The notes beneath the pieces were generated by a model that had not been told where the DNA came from, made no database searches, and saw only the letters and a program-made list of their open reading frames with translations. This document shows positions 63,501 to 64,000 of a DNA stretch of 64,000 bases, one piece after another. A program made the position numbers and the translations under genes. Within the stretch, counting starts at the first letter, position 1; every line of letters starts with the position of its first letter. This stretch comes from Amphiscolops sp. MND2022 (lineage: Eukaryota), in the NCBI GenBank assembly GCA_964187785.1, contig OZ076415.1:22692001-22756000 (forward strand), read 5' to 3'.

Positions 63501-64000
63501 GGACTCGCTTATTTCTGAGAAATACAAGGTCCTAAGCATACACTGTCTTCGTACTCGATTCTTTCGCATACCAAAATTGACAAAGAATAACGTGGGACGG
63601 AAGGTTTCAATTCAAAAACAAGACGTCCGCTATGCACCGGGATATTTTCCTCCTTTTTCGCCTTCATCACTTGAGCCATAGCTATTTTGGGAGGGGAATA
63701 GTATCTAAATAATAAGATCTAAAATTTAGTTATTTTAGATCTTATTCCCTTTAGATTTTATTTCCGTCCTGAAATTTTAGATCTTATTCCCTTTAGATCT
63801 TAATCCCATTTTTACTTTAGATATTATTCCGATCTCACTATGAAGGATGAAGGCTGAGCAGGGAGACTGAGTAAGTGGAGTGGAGTTGTACAAAGTGGAG
63901 TTTTCGCAGAATTTGGAAAAAAACGCAACACAGATGATGATTTTCCTCCCCATTGAAAATGTGGGTCGGAAAATAACAAGCAAAACATTTTACTTTATAT

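Overview
AT-rich, intron-containing animal genomic DNA that is dominated by transposable elements. The repeat families resemble ones I recall from acoel flatworm assemblies; this is low-confidence recollection, not a database result. Two host genes could be fully reconstructed by hand. One is a 4-exon secreted S1 serine protease (39871-42801, +) that needs a GC donor and probably a GG donor. The other is a convergent 3-exon, 180-aa TGF-beta/activin-like precursor (47010-43481, -) with a very short prodomain, no interchain cysteine and no wrist helix. Partial models were found for a membrane protein (9555-11252, +) and a probable cytochrome P450 (19399-12716, -). Mobile DNA includes: a near-intact APE-RT LINE with a PHD/zinc-knuckle ORF1 and an extra intact upstream SGNH-esterase-like ORF; an internally deleted Ty3/Gypsy LTR element (gag plus integrase only); a CRE-like remnant; Helentron-type (HINE/DINE-like) elements; Merlin-like, pogo-like and EnSpm-like MITEs; a nested foldback cluster; and a compact inverted-repeat/tandem/palindrome cluster at 53.1-53.7 kb. 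A 200-N gap lies at 25268-25467. No rRNA, intact tRNA or CRISPR was found. All models are manual and unverified by search or RNA data.
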